Source: Eledone cirrhosa
Lineage: Eukaryota
Direction of reading: 5' to 3'
NCBI GenBank assembly: GCA_964016885.1
Contig: OZ024751.1
Span: 27,776,001 to 27,840,000 of the forward strand
Length of the DNA stretch: 64,000 nt
Part shown: positions 1 to 12,727 of the stretch, in pieces
How the letters are laid out: each line of letters begins with the position of its first letter
Position numbering within the stretch: position 1 is the stretch's first letter
Notes under the pieces: generated by a model
What the model was told of the DNA's origin: nothing
What the model saw: only the letters and a program-made list of their open reading frames with translations
Database searches by the model: none
Translations under genes and position numbers: made by a program

Positions 1-1900
1 CCTTTCTCTGGATTGGTCTAGGATGTATGTGGCAGCAGAACTGTCCCCAGACATTGAAACTACATTATTGTGGCTCTCGAACTTCTGTTGAGGGCTGAAG
101 TATTTTCTGTATTTGAAGAAGAAGGATTTTCCCTGAATGTGGTCTAAGTTGTCTGTATATATGTATGACTAATACACTTACTTCATTGTGGTACTTGAGC
201 TTTTGTCGAGAGCTGAAATATTTACTGAATTTGAAGAAGGAAGTTTAGTCTTTGAGATGTCTGTGTGTGTGTGTGCAGAACACTGTCCAAGATGTGGGAG
301 GGTTAGTAGTTGAGGAGGTCCACTGTTTAAAATGAAATCTTTGCTATGTTAAGGATGTGCATTTATCAGGAAAATTCTCAGTTATGGTGCCATCTAAGTA
401 TTGATAGCAAACACGAGGGTACGTAAGGTGCAGTAATGTTTTCTTGATATGCACTATGGTTGACTGGTCAGCGACTAAACCAGCTCCCCCACCAGACCCT
501 GGTTTGATGTGGAGGGTAAGTGGAACCCCAGCAGCACAAAAAAAGTGCTGTTAAAAGGTTGGATGAACTCCTGAGAGTCAATGGCCATTCACCTCCCAGC
601 TATTGGTTAAATATCCTCACCAACCTGCAATTGGCCAAGTGTGGTGAGTACAGATACATCCCTGACATAACTGAAAGTGGTGGAAGTCAACAAGGGAGGG
701 GGTCCGTCAACAGGAATGAGAAGACCCTGGATTGGGTTAGTGCAGTGAAGGTGTATTTTTATGTTGTTGGAAACAAAATTGGTATGACCCCATTGGAGTA
801 AGTTTTTGAGGATTTCTGTTCGAGGAGTCAAGGGAGGTTTCTCATGAGGTGTCTAGGTTGCATGTGGATGATATTTGGATGTAGAAAGTTAAGGGGTGTG
901 GAATGAAGGGAGGTTTATTATCTGTATAGGAGTGGACCTTATTGGATGTGTAGAGGACAAAATGAAACCTGTAAGATACAGAGTTGGTAGTGCAGTTCAG
1001 GGAGAGTTCTATCCACATAGACCACAATAGTGCAATCTAATTAGAAGTGGACAGTGTTACCAGGAGGTTCAGGTTACAGTTATGATAGAAAGCTTTGCAG
1101 AGGTCAAGGGTAACCACATTGCTTGAGTAACATAGGAGAGTTGGTCTCCAGTAGATCTGGCTTTGTGAAAACCATACTTGTGATCATTAAGGAGGAGAGG
1201 GGGAGAGATTTAAGGTTTTGGAGAAGTTTATTAATGGCTGTCTCTATCATTGTGAGATATGAGATAATGAAAGTGAGTGCAATAAGATGGTAGTTAGTAG
1301 GGTCAGAAGGGTTGCCCTTGTTGGAGACACAATATAGTGTCATCATTTACTGTCCATTTTCCATGCTAGCATGGGTTAGACAGATTGTCCCATTAGAGGC
1401 AAGTTGGGTCAGGTGACCATGTCTGCTTATATAGGACTGTTTATGGCTAGATTTCTACAGCTGTTTCATAATATCAGGAAATACCCCTGCAGAAAGAAAG
1501 GGGGAAGATTAAAGAGTTTGATGGTAACAACAAACATTAAGGCCAGTGGCTTTGATTTGAAGCAACCAGAGGTACTTGTGTATCCATGCTGAAGTGAAAA
1601 GGGATAATTCCCTAGTGTCTAGTGTGGAGTTGGGTGAAAATTGAAGTGGCAATGTGGAGTCTGTCTTCACAGGAGTACTGTTCTCAATCATCACATTTCA
1701 GAAGTTGAGGTAGAGAGGTCTCTGCAAAATTGATAAAGTTCCTTTTGACCAGAACTTGTTGATTGTATGATGCATGAGAACAGGGGACACCTTGAATGTT
1801 TGGATGGTCTTACATTGGTGGTACTAGATAAGGGCCATCAAGTTTGTAAGGATGAGTAATTCCTAAGTGTTGTAGGCCATGTTTTTTCCTTGAAATATTG
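1..1900 (-). mobile_element. Highly decayed non-LTR retrotransposon (Jockey/CR1 group), RT region
   Basis: Minus-strand remnants in the expected order: FSPNSTLD (~1620-1640), KGNPSDPTNYHLIALT (~1270-1320, like PSNYRPIALT), SNKVHSYTDN (~915-945, like HSYADD), LLQWGHTNF, KYFSP and LDxIQRK near the start. Many stops; interrupted by other repeats. Confidence 0.6.
473..736 (+). repeat. Dispersed repeat of unknown class, copy 1
   Basis: GACTAAACC(A/G)GCTCCCC...GGGTAAGTGGAACCCCAGCAGCACAAAA...GGATGAACT recurs at 2008-2283 (+) and, reverse-complemented, at 13477-13758. Confidence 0.75.
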
Positions 1901-1937
1901 CTGTGCATATAATGGTCAGGTACATATATAGATGCTC

Positions 1938-2283
1938 AGGTCAGGCTTCTGCCTGTTATTGGTATCATGTAACCCAGTACAACCTGCTTCATGGTTGAGT
2001 GGTGGGTGACTAAACCGGCTCCCCCACCAGACTCTGGTTTGGTGAGAAGGGTAAGTGGAACCCCAGCAGCACAAAAGATAAGAACTGTTAAAAGGGTGGA
2101 TGAACTTCTCAGTCAACGGTCATCCACCCCAACAATGGGTTAAATAGCTTCACGAACATGCAACCGGCCAAGCATGATGAGTACGACTAAACTCCTGAAG
2201 AGACAACCAAAACCAAATAGAAAGCGGTGGAGGTCAACCTGGGAGGGGTTCCTCCAACTAGTGTGAGATGGCCCTCAATTGGA
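1938..2283 (+). repeat. Dispersed repeat of unknown class, copy 2
   Basis: Homologous to 473-736; shares an extra 5' segment (TGTAACCCAGTACAACCT) with the copy at 13.5-13.8 kb. Confidence 0.75.
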
Positions 2284-2939
2284 TAGAACCAAGCATGGCT
2301 TGGTTTCAAAATTCACTTTGCAATCACAAGATCCCAGGTTTGATCCCACAGCGTAGTATCTTGTGCAAGTGACTTTAAACATAGACTTAGGTTGACCAAA
2401 GCCTGGTGAGTGAAATTGAGTAGATGGAAATTGTGTGGAAACCTGTTGGTTTGATTGTACCTGTAATTCAAAAGGTCCTGTCATTATATATTGTTCATAA
2501 TTTAGGCTCAAGGCCATCAATTTGCAGGGAGGGTAAATTGAATTAAATCAACTCGAGTACATGACTGCTGCTTTATTTTAACGTGATTGAAAAGACAAAG
2601 TTGACCTAGGTGTGATTTGAACTCAGAAAGTCAAATGCTGTAATCGAATACTATGAAGCATTTTGTCCAACGTTTTAACAACTTTGTCAATCCACTGTCC
2701 TCGCCTTGTCATATATTGTCCCCTGATTTGGCTTTGGAGTTATTTTAATGCTACACATGTTTGTGGAATATTCAACCACTTATATGTTAATTTATGGGTT
2801 GAACTTATCAAAAACAACATAGAATCATCATCGTCACTGCACACAACAATGTGTGAATCATTTGATAAACTTTGTGAAGGGTTCAACATCTCCACTGCCA
2901 ACATCAGTTTGAGATAGATGTGAATGTTGGGATTAATTA

Positions 2940-3290
2940 CTGAGGACTACAGAGATGGTTGATGTGTGATGATGTGTTCTCAATACAGGTAGAGATGTTG
3001 CCTGGAGAAATTTAAAGTGTGGCAGAAGAAGCAGATGATACATTTAGCGAAGTGGACAAGAGAGACTGAGTTAAATCAATTGGAAATGTTTGTTACTGGA
3101 AGGGGACATTGAGATCTACATATGCACAGACACTACCACCTTTCAGAGAAGTTTGAGTTAGTACTGGCCCAGTTAGACATGGAAAATAGACTTTAACGAT
3201 GAAGATGATGTGCCCTCCCTTACCTACAACCTTGATATGCCTTTCTTGTCCAACCCATTCATACATGGGAAGCCAGACACATTTCACAAT
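2940..3290 (-). mobile_element. Possible AP-endonuclease remnant of the same old LINE
   Basis: Minus-strand KGGSVCAYV resembles the GGVxxY motif of LINE endonucleases and lies upstream of the RT remnant. Confidence 0.4.
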
Positions 3291-4111
3291 ATACTACTAA
3301 GTGCAACTCACTCTCTTTAAGGCTACTCCTATAACATGCCGCTCGCTTTCCAACAGAACTAATGGTGCCAAGATAAGCCCCCACCCCATACCGAAAGGCG
3401 CTTGTGCTGGTACCATGACAAAAAAGCATCCAGTCCACCGAGTAAGGTAGTAGTAATACTGATACCATAAAAAAGAAATAGGAAGGGCATCCAGCCACTG
3501 AAAACCATGCCAAAAAGTGGATCGTATGAGCTAGACATGGTCACTTGATACCTGTCAAGCCTCATAACTTGACTCCCTATTTAACTCATGCAAACATGGA
3601 AAATAGCCATTAAATGGTAATGAGGATGATTGTAGCCTTAGATAACAGAGACAGACCATTATAGAGGAAAAGTGAGAGATATGTCTGGAATAGGGCTAGG
3701 ATGTGTGGTTTTCTTGCTTGTGAGTTTTTGTGTGGGGTCCTAGTTTGGATTGGAGTTCACAGATGTGGGAGAAGCGAAGGGTGAATTGTTTTGTTGGTTT
3801 AGCTTTTTTGTTTTTTGACGTTAAGGGAAGCAAAGAGGGTTATCAGTGCACAAACAGTGAGGCCAGTGTGCTTGCAGAACAACCTCGACCAAAAGCACAC
3901 ATGGTCTGGTCTCGTCTTCCCTGGTCATGTAGTCAGTGCTGGACTTATCTATAAGCTAAATATGCTATAGCTTAGGGTCACACATCCTCGGAGGTCTCTA
4001 TGTGACAAATGGAATGAATCAATCAATTAGTTAGAAGGAACATTTTGTAACTAAATTTTGTAATCATTGATAAATAATAATCATGTATCATTATTTAACA
4101 TTATAAAATAA

Positions 4112-4290
4112 GGGCAGTGGATTGGCAGTATCGGTAGAGGGTCGGACGCATAGTTACGGCCCTTGCCATTCTGAGTTCAAATCCCACCGAGGTTAACTTT
4201 GCCTTTCATCCTTATGGGGTCGATAAAATAAAGTACCAGTAATTCACTGGGTAATTGCTGGCCTTGTGCCAAAAAGTAGAAACAATTATT
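4112..4290 (+). mobile_element. tRNA-derived SINE with Nin/Deu-like core
   Basis: A box TGGCAGTATCGGTAG, B box GAGTTCAAATCCC, core GCCTTTCATCCTTATGGGGTCGATAAAATAAAGTACCAG; more than 10 copies in the window. Confidence 0.85.
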
Positions 4291-4809
4291 TAACATTTTT
4301 TTTTTTAGAGAAGGGCCTCAGCAGGTGAAACTCCTGCACTGAATGTAGTGGGTGTTTAAACCAGGTATCAGGATCTATTTCTTATATCGTTAATAGTCAT
4401 TTCTGTCTGTTACTCTACTCAATGTTAATACTTTAAATCTTATTCTTGTGGAAATAACATCTATCTATCTACCTACTTCTGTATGTATAGGTGCAGGCAT
4501 GTTTGTGTGGGTAAGCAATTCGCTTAAACATGTAGTTTCGAGTTCAGTTTCACAAGCTTCACGTTGACCAATGCATTCAGTGCATGTAATTTGGAAAATA
4601 TGGATGCCCGTTATATATATATAAAACTCTCTTCTATTTTCTCCTAAGCTTGAAACTAATAAGACTGTTTTTGCATGTTTTTCTTGAAATATATATATAT
4701 ATATATATGTGTGTGTGTACGCGTGTGTAAATGAATTGCGTCGGAAAGGTCCAGGAAAAAAGAGTGCTCTATGTAGGTTACAGAGCTCAATAGTTATGTA
4801 AGGTAATTA

Positions 4810-4870
4810 TTTCATTTACCAGTGGTTTCTTGAAAGCAAACAAATTTTGCTTTCAATCATCAGAATGAAA
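4810..4870 (-). ncRNA. Type I hammerhead ribozyme (minus-strand copy)
   Basis: Exact reverse complement of 4919-4979. Confidence 0.8.
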
Positions 4871-4918
4871 AAATCCTGGTGTATTTATTGACATTGGATT
4901 TTAAATACACCAGGATTT

Positions 4919-4979
4919 TTTCATTCTGATGATTGAAAGCAAAATTTGTTTGCTTTCAAGAAACCACTGGTAAATGAAA
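4919..4979 (+). ncRNA. Type I hammerhead ribozyme
   Basis: Stem I TTTCATT/AATGAAA; core CTGATGA (4926-4932); 11-bp stem II TTGAAAGCAAA/TTTGCTTTCAA; GAAA (4960-4963); minimal stem III CCACTGG; GUA triplet with predicted cleavage after 4972. Confidence 0.8.
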
Positions 4980-5019
4980 TAATTACCTTATGTTGTTTAT
5001 TACATAACTATATATATAT

Positions 5020-5075
5020 AGTTCTTGTCTGATGACCCTGTGATAAACAAGCGAAACTCTTGAGTAACATGACTC
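5020..5075 (+). ncRNA. Degenerate type I hammerhead ribozyme (different family)
   Basis: TTGT-CTGATGA-ccctgtgataaacaagc-GAAA-CTCTTGAG-TA-ACA: both core boxes and stem III are present, stem II is partly mismatched. Confidence 0.6.
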
Positions 5076-5106
5076 TCTTTTTAGCCTTTATATATACACA
5101 CACACA

Positions 5107-5185
5107 CAGGGTGTCCCCAAAACATATATACACTTCAACAGCATGCTAATAAATATTGCCTGTATACATTTTTGGGGACACCCTG
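5107..5185. mobile_element. Tc1/mariner-like micro-MITE
   Basis: 16-bp terminal inverted repeats CAGGGTGTCCCCAAAA/TTTTGGGGACACCCTG around a ~47-bp spacer; flanks are CA/TG rather than a clean TA duplication. Confidence 0.6.
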
Positions 5186-6499
5186 TGTGTCGTTAAATAA
5201 GTAGCAAACTTTTGAAAAATTAATCCTAGAGACGATATGACCGACTGACTCTCGTGAAAGTGGTGCTCCAGCATGATCGCACTCTAGTGACTGAAACCAG
5301 CAAAAGAATTTAAAAAATTGCACACACAAACACGTGTGTGTTGAGAAAGGTATCGGTATATTTTATGTAACAATGTCAACAAGCCCTGCACTGTTTTATT
5401 TTATTGACGTCTTGACTCGGTTTCGTCAAAGGACATGCTGCAATATGTCATCAGACGTGTATCGATATATCGATGTGTGTGCTATTGAATAATTACTGCA
5501 TATTTTAGTAGAGTGATATGTGTATGTATGTATATATAATATTTATTTTTTGGGGGAAAAGAGACTTTAAAGTTTAATTGTTTTTTCTAAGAGTATCGAT
5601 CGTGAATCGATTTCATATATATACATGTTTGCACTTTTACCTGTGGCCATGCTGAAGCACCGCCATTATATAACATTTTCGATTAATGCCTTATAAATAA
5701 TATTAATTAATAAGTCAGGGTGGGGGGATTCCACAAACACTGATTATGCATTCTTAGATGTCAACCAAGGGTCAGTATATTTATACACACACTAATATAT
5801 ATATATAGAGAGAGGGAGATCATATCAGAAACAGATGAAATGATAATGACAAAACAATTGGAACATTTAACCCCATTATACTACCACCACCACCACCACC
5901 ACTGCTATTACTACTATCATTATTGTTAATACTGCTACTACATTGACCTCAATATGTCTATTGTGTTCCTTACGTAGGTGTGTGTGTGCCTGCACTTGGA
6001 CACTGCAGGGTGTTTATTTTGTACATGTTTTGTTTATATATATATCATGATCAGTTTCTCGAAGTTGCCCTCTGCCTTTTCTTTCAATATATACAAAGAT
6101 TTTAATTTAATTTAATATATATACATATTTTAAATTACTCGAGAAACCCTTGTTGTTTTTAGTTCACTGTATGGTGTGGTGTGGAATTAAAAAATTATGT
6201 CACTGAAGTGTGAACTAATTATGAACAGCCGGGTGTAATATACATGTGTACAAGTTCAAATTTACGCTAACGAAGATTTTTCATATTGTATATAACAGTG
6301 GAGCGGCATTTATCAAATGACAATGCATTTTATACAATAAATATATCACTATTATAGATTCCATTATCCTATTCAGCAATGTATATAACACACTAGTTAG
6401 TTTATTTTTGTTAATTTTTCCAAAAATTATTACAGTTGTGTGTGTGTTCCCCGTTGTAATATGTATTGTGAATTTTTCTTTTTGACACATTATTATTAT

Positions 6500-6815
6500 T
6501 CCCGTCGAGGTTAACTTTGCCTTTCATCCTTACGGGGTCGATAAAATAAAGTACTAGTCACGCACTGGGGTCGATTTAATCGACTTTCCCCTTCCCCAAA
6601 ATTATTGGTCTTGTGCCTAAAATCAGGAACCACGCCGCACACCATGCTTCACGTCATATAGTTACGGCCCTTTACATTCTGAGTTGAAATTTTGACGAGG
6701 TTAGCTCTGCCTTTAATCCTTACGAACTCGATAAAATAAAGTACCAGTAACGCACTGGAGTCGATTTAATCGACTTCTCCTCCCACAAAAATTACTGGCC
6801 TTGTGAAACCATTAT
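6500..6815 (+). mobile_element. Two tandem partial Nin-core SINE copies
   Basis: The core GCCTTT(C/A)ATCCTTACG...CGATAAAATAAAGTAC occurs twice with similar tails. Confidence 0.8.
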
Positions 6816-9800
6816 TATTATTGTTGCTTTTGTAAAAATTGTATTTATTTATGTCTTAAATATAATTTGATTACTCTTCTAATATAAGTGCCAGATTTGA
6901 AAATGTACTAGAATCGATTGGGTGCCTCAGCATGACCGCAGAATAAAACAATTAGAGAGAGTGTATAGAACAGAAGGTAAAGATAACATTACTAGTAACT
7001 GATTAGTAATTAGTAAATAATAATGAAATATTAAGGAAGTGGTTGGTGTTATATGGCTGGACGTAAATACACGACACTTGATTTTTAACTCATTTTTTAA
7101 CGACATTCAGCACCACATCTTTTTGTCGACAACGAAACCTTTAAAATAATTAGAGAAAGACAATTAATTATTGTTAGAAAAAAAGATTATATTATGTAAA
7201 AGATGGAATATATAGTTTAGTGTTCCCCTTATCCCAACTTTGTTAACACATAACTTTCTTAAAGTATATTTTGCACAGTAACATTTTCGTAAGGTAGATT
7301 ACGGTGATTTTTTTTTTTTCCACGGAAATTACCGTAAGTTGTGTTTATATATATGTGCGTGTGTGTACCGGTTGGTACCTCTCATTTTCAGTATAACCCA
7401 CCCGTGTTTTTACTCTATGAAAACCTCAAACTCCAGTTAAAATGGATTCGTGGAGTGGTGGAAATTATCAGACATTATTGCCAGGAGCAGGATGTGGAAT
7501 AACTGACTCTTAAGACGCAGTATTCAGCAATAATATCAGAAAGAGAAACCGAACCCCTAACGTAGTAGCTCGACCTACTAGAAATAGCAGTCAAATTTCT
7601 TTTTAATCACACCTTACTGGGTTTATATTTATATATAAAAAAAAGACAACAACAAAATACATATTAGATATTATGGTCTAAACAAGACTGGATGGTCTTC
7701 GCTAGAATGTTTTTAATTATAAATAGGTCAGAAGGTTTATGGATTGTCAAAATCGTTAGAGCGTCGGACAAATGCCTTAGTCAACTTTGCTTTTCATCCT
7801 TCCTGAGGTCGATAAAATATAGTAGTAGTGTTTAAGTGATATATCCCCCGTGCTTCTCATTAGAACCCATTCTAGATGGATATATAGGTCTGCTTGCTCG
7901 ATAGAAAGAAAATCAGCTGACCTGGGGTTAAACAACTGGAGGGGGAGAGAGAGACGCACACGCGAAGATTTGAACTTGCGTGTGTGACCCACTTTAAGAA
8001 TTAGTATTGAATGACTACGTGACGTGTATAACCTAATTTAATTATATCGGTTGCGGTCAAACTTTCAACTGGAGTTTTGTTTGTCCACTCCACCTTCTCC
8101 CTCTACCTGGTGTTCATTAATTAACAGTGTATGACACATTTAAGAGAAGAAAAAAAATGATTGCATCATATTAAAAATTAAAGTTCTTTACTTTAGTCTA
8201 TCTAATACTGTACATTTTCATAACGATCTGTCCACTAGCAAAATACGATAAACATTTGAATTGACAGGCTCTGTTTTTAGATACGTTTTGCTAAATCCTT
8301 TACAGGGTGTTAAGAATTAAACCAGTTGTTTTTAAAAAATCTTATTTTACAGGAGTTGCGATATCAGCAATGGAAACATTGTTTCTTTGGTCCGATTTGA
8401 CGAGTTCCACTCCACTCGATAAGAGAATGAGGTCTGGGATCTTATCGATCGACGCCCCCCTCCATTTTACAAGGAACAATTAGTAGTTAGTGCTGACGTT
8501 TTCGTCCCACTATCATTTCGCCCCCCCCCCCTTTTTTTTCCGCAAGGGCATTCAAGACAAAAGTACTGTTGAATGTATACTTTTAAGCTAGTTTAATTTA
8601 ACTCCAATTTTCCTAGAAACCTCTCTTCATACAACAAAAAATCTTGTTCTTCCAGTCAACAGATTGAGTCTTATGCAATCACTCAACCTGCTAGAAATAG
8701 CAACCCCACTCTGTTAAATTACATCGTCACAACTTTATTATATATATTAGAAAATTGTTGGCTTTAAGTCTACTCGATCAGGACTGACAAGGGCTAAATA
8801 AACCTTTTTTCCATCTATCGTTTCTAAATTCTTCGCAACAGATGATCCGTTCACCTTCGGTGTTCTGTCCGTAAAATTGCCCCCAAATGCTTGTTTCAGT
8901 ATTACAGATATTGTCTAATATATCCAAAGCGATTCTTTGCTTAAACTTTAATCTGTTATTTTAATAAATATCTCTCTATATATATAGTTGGATGACGATG
9001 TTGGATGTATCATTGTCAGTTTAGTATGTGATGTGTCAGCACAAAAAGAAAGATACGCCTGGTGTGTGTGTAATATGTTTGTCTATATGATGCAGTGTAG
9101 TCTTCAATATTGGGGGTATATATTATACACGTGTTGCAATTAAGTAACAATTTGGAATTAAGAAGCCCCCTAAAATGTTATGAAACTATGGTCCCTGTAT
9201 TTCAAAGACATCGTCATAATAATTAATTATATAATTAATCCTGCTAGAAATAAACAATCTTCCATTTTATCTTTACAATATGGGCTACCGAAAAATGTAA
9301 TTGATGTATATAAAACCCGTTTGAAATTACGATTTAACGACATTTATGACAAACTTTGTGTGCGGAAACCAAAAAAAATCTTGACGTCCATTAGTGGATT
9401 TAATCATTTTTAAGATAATCCGTTTTTTTCTCCTTTTTAGCAGTTTTGAGCAGGTTTAGTGATGCTTCATGGGGGCTTTATACGAATTTTGTTAACCAAC
9501 GATATATATATATATATATACGCATTTAGTTCGACAGTTCTATGTATGCGTGTACAGTGTGAGTTTTTATGTGTGTGTTATGAAAGTCGAAAGGTCATCT
9601 TCCGGAATATTTTTCTTCCCCATTTTGAAATAAGTAATAATAAAAAAAAAAATGATAACGTGGACAACAGGATTACTTAAGGAAACATTCAACAAAAAGA
9701 AAAGAAATTGAATTAAAAAAACAAAAACACAAAACCTCCCTGGTAGTTAAAAGAAAAGAAATTGAATTAAAAAAAAAAAACACAAAACCTCCCTGGTAGT

Positions 9801-10251
9801 TAAAAGAAAACGGCAACAAATGGTTGACTAGGTTTGTTGCACCCTTTACCGAAAATGTTCAGGTACTCCGTACAGTAAGGTAGTCCTCTCCAGCTTTGAA
9901 TGAAGAAACCACACCACTGTGTATGTCACAACCTAAAATATATATGAAAAAGCAAAGCATATATGTATATATTTAACAAAACGGAAAAAGATTTACGTTG
10001 CACAAATATATGTAGCAGGCGTGTATGTATTATATGTGTATATGTGTGTGTGTGTAATTAATTCTAAGCTCTAGCATTTATATATGTGTGTGTGTGTGTA
10101 GAGGTTGTTGATGATGGTGTGTTGTGTTGTGTTTAGGTTGTTGGTGATTGGTGAAGGTTGTCAGGCCAAGTCGTCGTAAAACTCGTGTTTTTGCCAAAGC
10201 AAGCCCGCCTACAAAGGTTAGGTAGGTGGTCACCAAGTGAAGGGAAGAATC

Positions 10252-10285
<34 letters not shown>

Positions 10286-11698
10286 TATAAATGTATATAA
10301 TTATTGAGGTGGGTGTTTCAAATACCAGCCCCGTTAATTGAATGAGCACTCAGTACACGTGTATTGAGTGAAAAGAGCTATTTTCTGTAGGGAACCTTCC
10401 CTTGGTAGCTATGACTTCGATCAGTTTCGGTTATAATAGCAATTTTAAACACATGCAACTCTATTTGTATGTAGAAAGCTATATAGGAGAGTGTGTGATT
10501 GCTAAGTAGTTTTATACAAAGCTCAATGTGTTTTATGTAGATATAGATGGAAGATATGATTATATATATATATATATGTGTGTGTGCTACTTTTCACCCA
10601 TCCCTGTACGAGTTTATTGAATCTTTTGCTACTAAACCAACTGAAACCGCCCCTATTTGGTTCTACGATATTAAGTTGTTCATTTCAAAGTGTTTCTGTT
10701 ATCTAAAAAAAACAACAACCTTCCCTCAGTTTTATGTAAGAACCATTGTTAACTTATGTTACAAACACCAGCTTAGTACCGAGAAATTTAGTTATTTCAC
10801 TAAATTCCTTAAAATTCCTGATTAGGCATTTGTCTGCCTGTCCCTAAAAATATCTTAATAAAGGGTTAATTAACCCTATACATTATTGGTTTGTTTCAAA
10901 CATGTATCCTTTTCTAAACAAAATTTCTTATTCCGTCAATATCCGTAGCTACCATTCCCTAAACATTCACACGTCCGTCCTTCTTCCCAAGTCTGACTGT
11001 ATATCTATCTATCTATCTATAGAAAGATATCTATCTGTCAGTGTGTATATGTCGGTGGTGGGGCTTGCATGAAGTGTGGTTCACATTTCAAGTGTTCTCT
11101 TCACCTCTTCCCCTTGTCATCATCCCCCTTCCTTCCCCGTCCCTCGATATAATCGACGAATACTAACTATATTATTGTAACTTTACAACCACTCCAACTT
11201 GCTAATGTACACAAATATCACACACACATACAGGGACTGACTCACTAACATACATACACACCGATAGGCTGACACACATACTAACTTGTTACTGACACAC
11301 GCCTAAACCACATATATACACACACACACTGACTCGCTCTCGCACATACCGACGCTCTCTCACACAGTTCTACTAACTACCCGTCCCACTCTTCCTGAAA
11401 CACTCACAAGTACGTAATATCATTTACCACGGATCTTTATCACCTCTTCTTCCGTTAATTTGCGAACGAAATAAAGTTATAGGGTAAAAAGTGTCACGTT
11501 TATAGAAATTTAATTTTAAATTACTAATATATTAAGTAGCTTATCTACTAACAACACTTACTACAATAACTTACACTATAGCTCTTTAGGTTTTTTTCAT
11601 TTTACGAATAGTGTCCGATTATTATTATTATTTTTTTTTTGTAAATTTCTACACACATGTAGTTTTGTATTTCGTATAAGCATGTGTATGTAGAAATG

Positions 11699-11745
<47 letters not shown>

Positions 11746-11746
<1 letters not shown>

Positions 11747-11929
11747 CGAAGGAAATGTGGTAAGGAACCAGATGGACCATAACGCACCAAAGTACTCAAT
11801 ACTTAGGGTAGTAGAGTGGGTAATAGGAACGAGTAGGACCCCGACGGCGGCTGAGTTCAAGCTCATTTAGTCCAGAATTAGCCGTCGAAACGGCTTGAGC
11901 TCAGCCGTCGGGGTCCTACTCGTTCCTAT
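11746..11929 (-). mobile_element. (TA)n-embedded fold-back element (PLE pseudo-LTR/retrozyme-like)
   Basis: Hairpin 11823-11862 / 11893-11929 containing GAAA-CGGC..GCCG-TC; conserved motif AGTACTCAATAC..GTAGAGTG at 11791-11818; (TA)n on both sides. Confidence 0.65.
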
Positions 11930-11954
11930 ATATATATATATATATATATGTAAT

Positions 11955-12140
11955 ATTTTCTTCGACCACTTATTCCTGGGAAGGTCGTGAGAGCAGAGTC
12001 CTCAAACACTCCTTCCATCGATTCCTGTCAGAAGCAACGATCTCCAACTGATCCGGTTGGATCCTCAAACGACACTAGCCGAGCTTATGGATGCTATCCA
12101 ACCATCTTGCTTGGGGGTCTATCCTGGGGTCTCCTGCCTG
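11955..12140 (-). mobile_element. RTE-type LINE 3' end fragment
   Basis: Minus-strand GRRPQDRPQARWLD...IQPDQLEIVASDRNRWKECLRTL; homologous fragment at 14575-14695. Confidence 0.6.
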
Positions 12141-12182
12141 TAAAATCTGTCAAAATTATAACATATTTTAATTCACACTAGC

Positions 12183-12420
12183 ATCATCATCATCATCATT
12201 CGTCCACTACTGTCGAGATGATGGATCTCACTCTCATGCCCCAGAATTCCCTGTCCCCCATCGCTGCCCCCAGGTCCTGTCTACTGATTCCCGTATCCCT
12301 AGAGATAACGTCAGGGAATGACAGCTTCCTACTCCTAGTCAGGCTGGAGTCAGGGTTCCAGAGCAAGAGAGCGGATATGATTTCATTGCTTTACACGAGC
12401 AGAATGGCCCGGCGTTGCTC
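12183..12420 (-). mobile_element. RTE-X-like LINE 3' end with (TGA)n tail
   Basis: Minus-strand LLLWNPD...RKLSFPDVISRDTGISRQDLGAAMGDREFW followed by TGATGATGA. Confidence 0.7.
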
Positions 12421-12517
12421 GGGATTTGCTCTAGGGTTCTTATATATTTGATATATATTTATCCTTATCGGGCCTCGTGAAATAAATACATTTGTGTATG
12501 CAAAAATATCTGTACAC

Positions 12518-12576
<59 letters not shown>

Positions 12577-12689
12577 TAACAGATTAAAGTTTAAGCAAAG
12601 AATCGCTGCTTTCACCCTTAACGGGATCTTCTGAAACTAAAAAAAATCAATCTGTGAACGCAGAAGTAAATATTTCGAAAAACGTTACA

Positions 12690-12727
<38 letters not shown>

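Larger units (their letters stand above)
4799..4990. repeat. Perfect inverted repeat, 89-bp arms (4799-4887 / 4902-4990), 14-nt loop
   Basis: Arms are exact reverse complements; each contains a hammerhead motif. Confidence 0.95.

Noticed and set aside
520-801. 93-aa ORF as a host gene
   Set aside because: It lies within a three-copy dispersed repeat and the frame is not preserved in the other copies.
9698-9810. ~53-bp direct duplication
   Set aside because: A simple local tandem duplication in A-rich sequence with no further structure.
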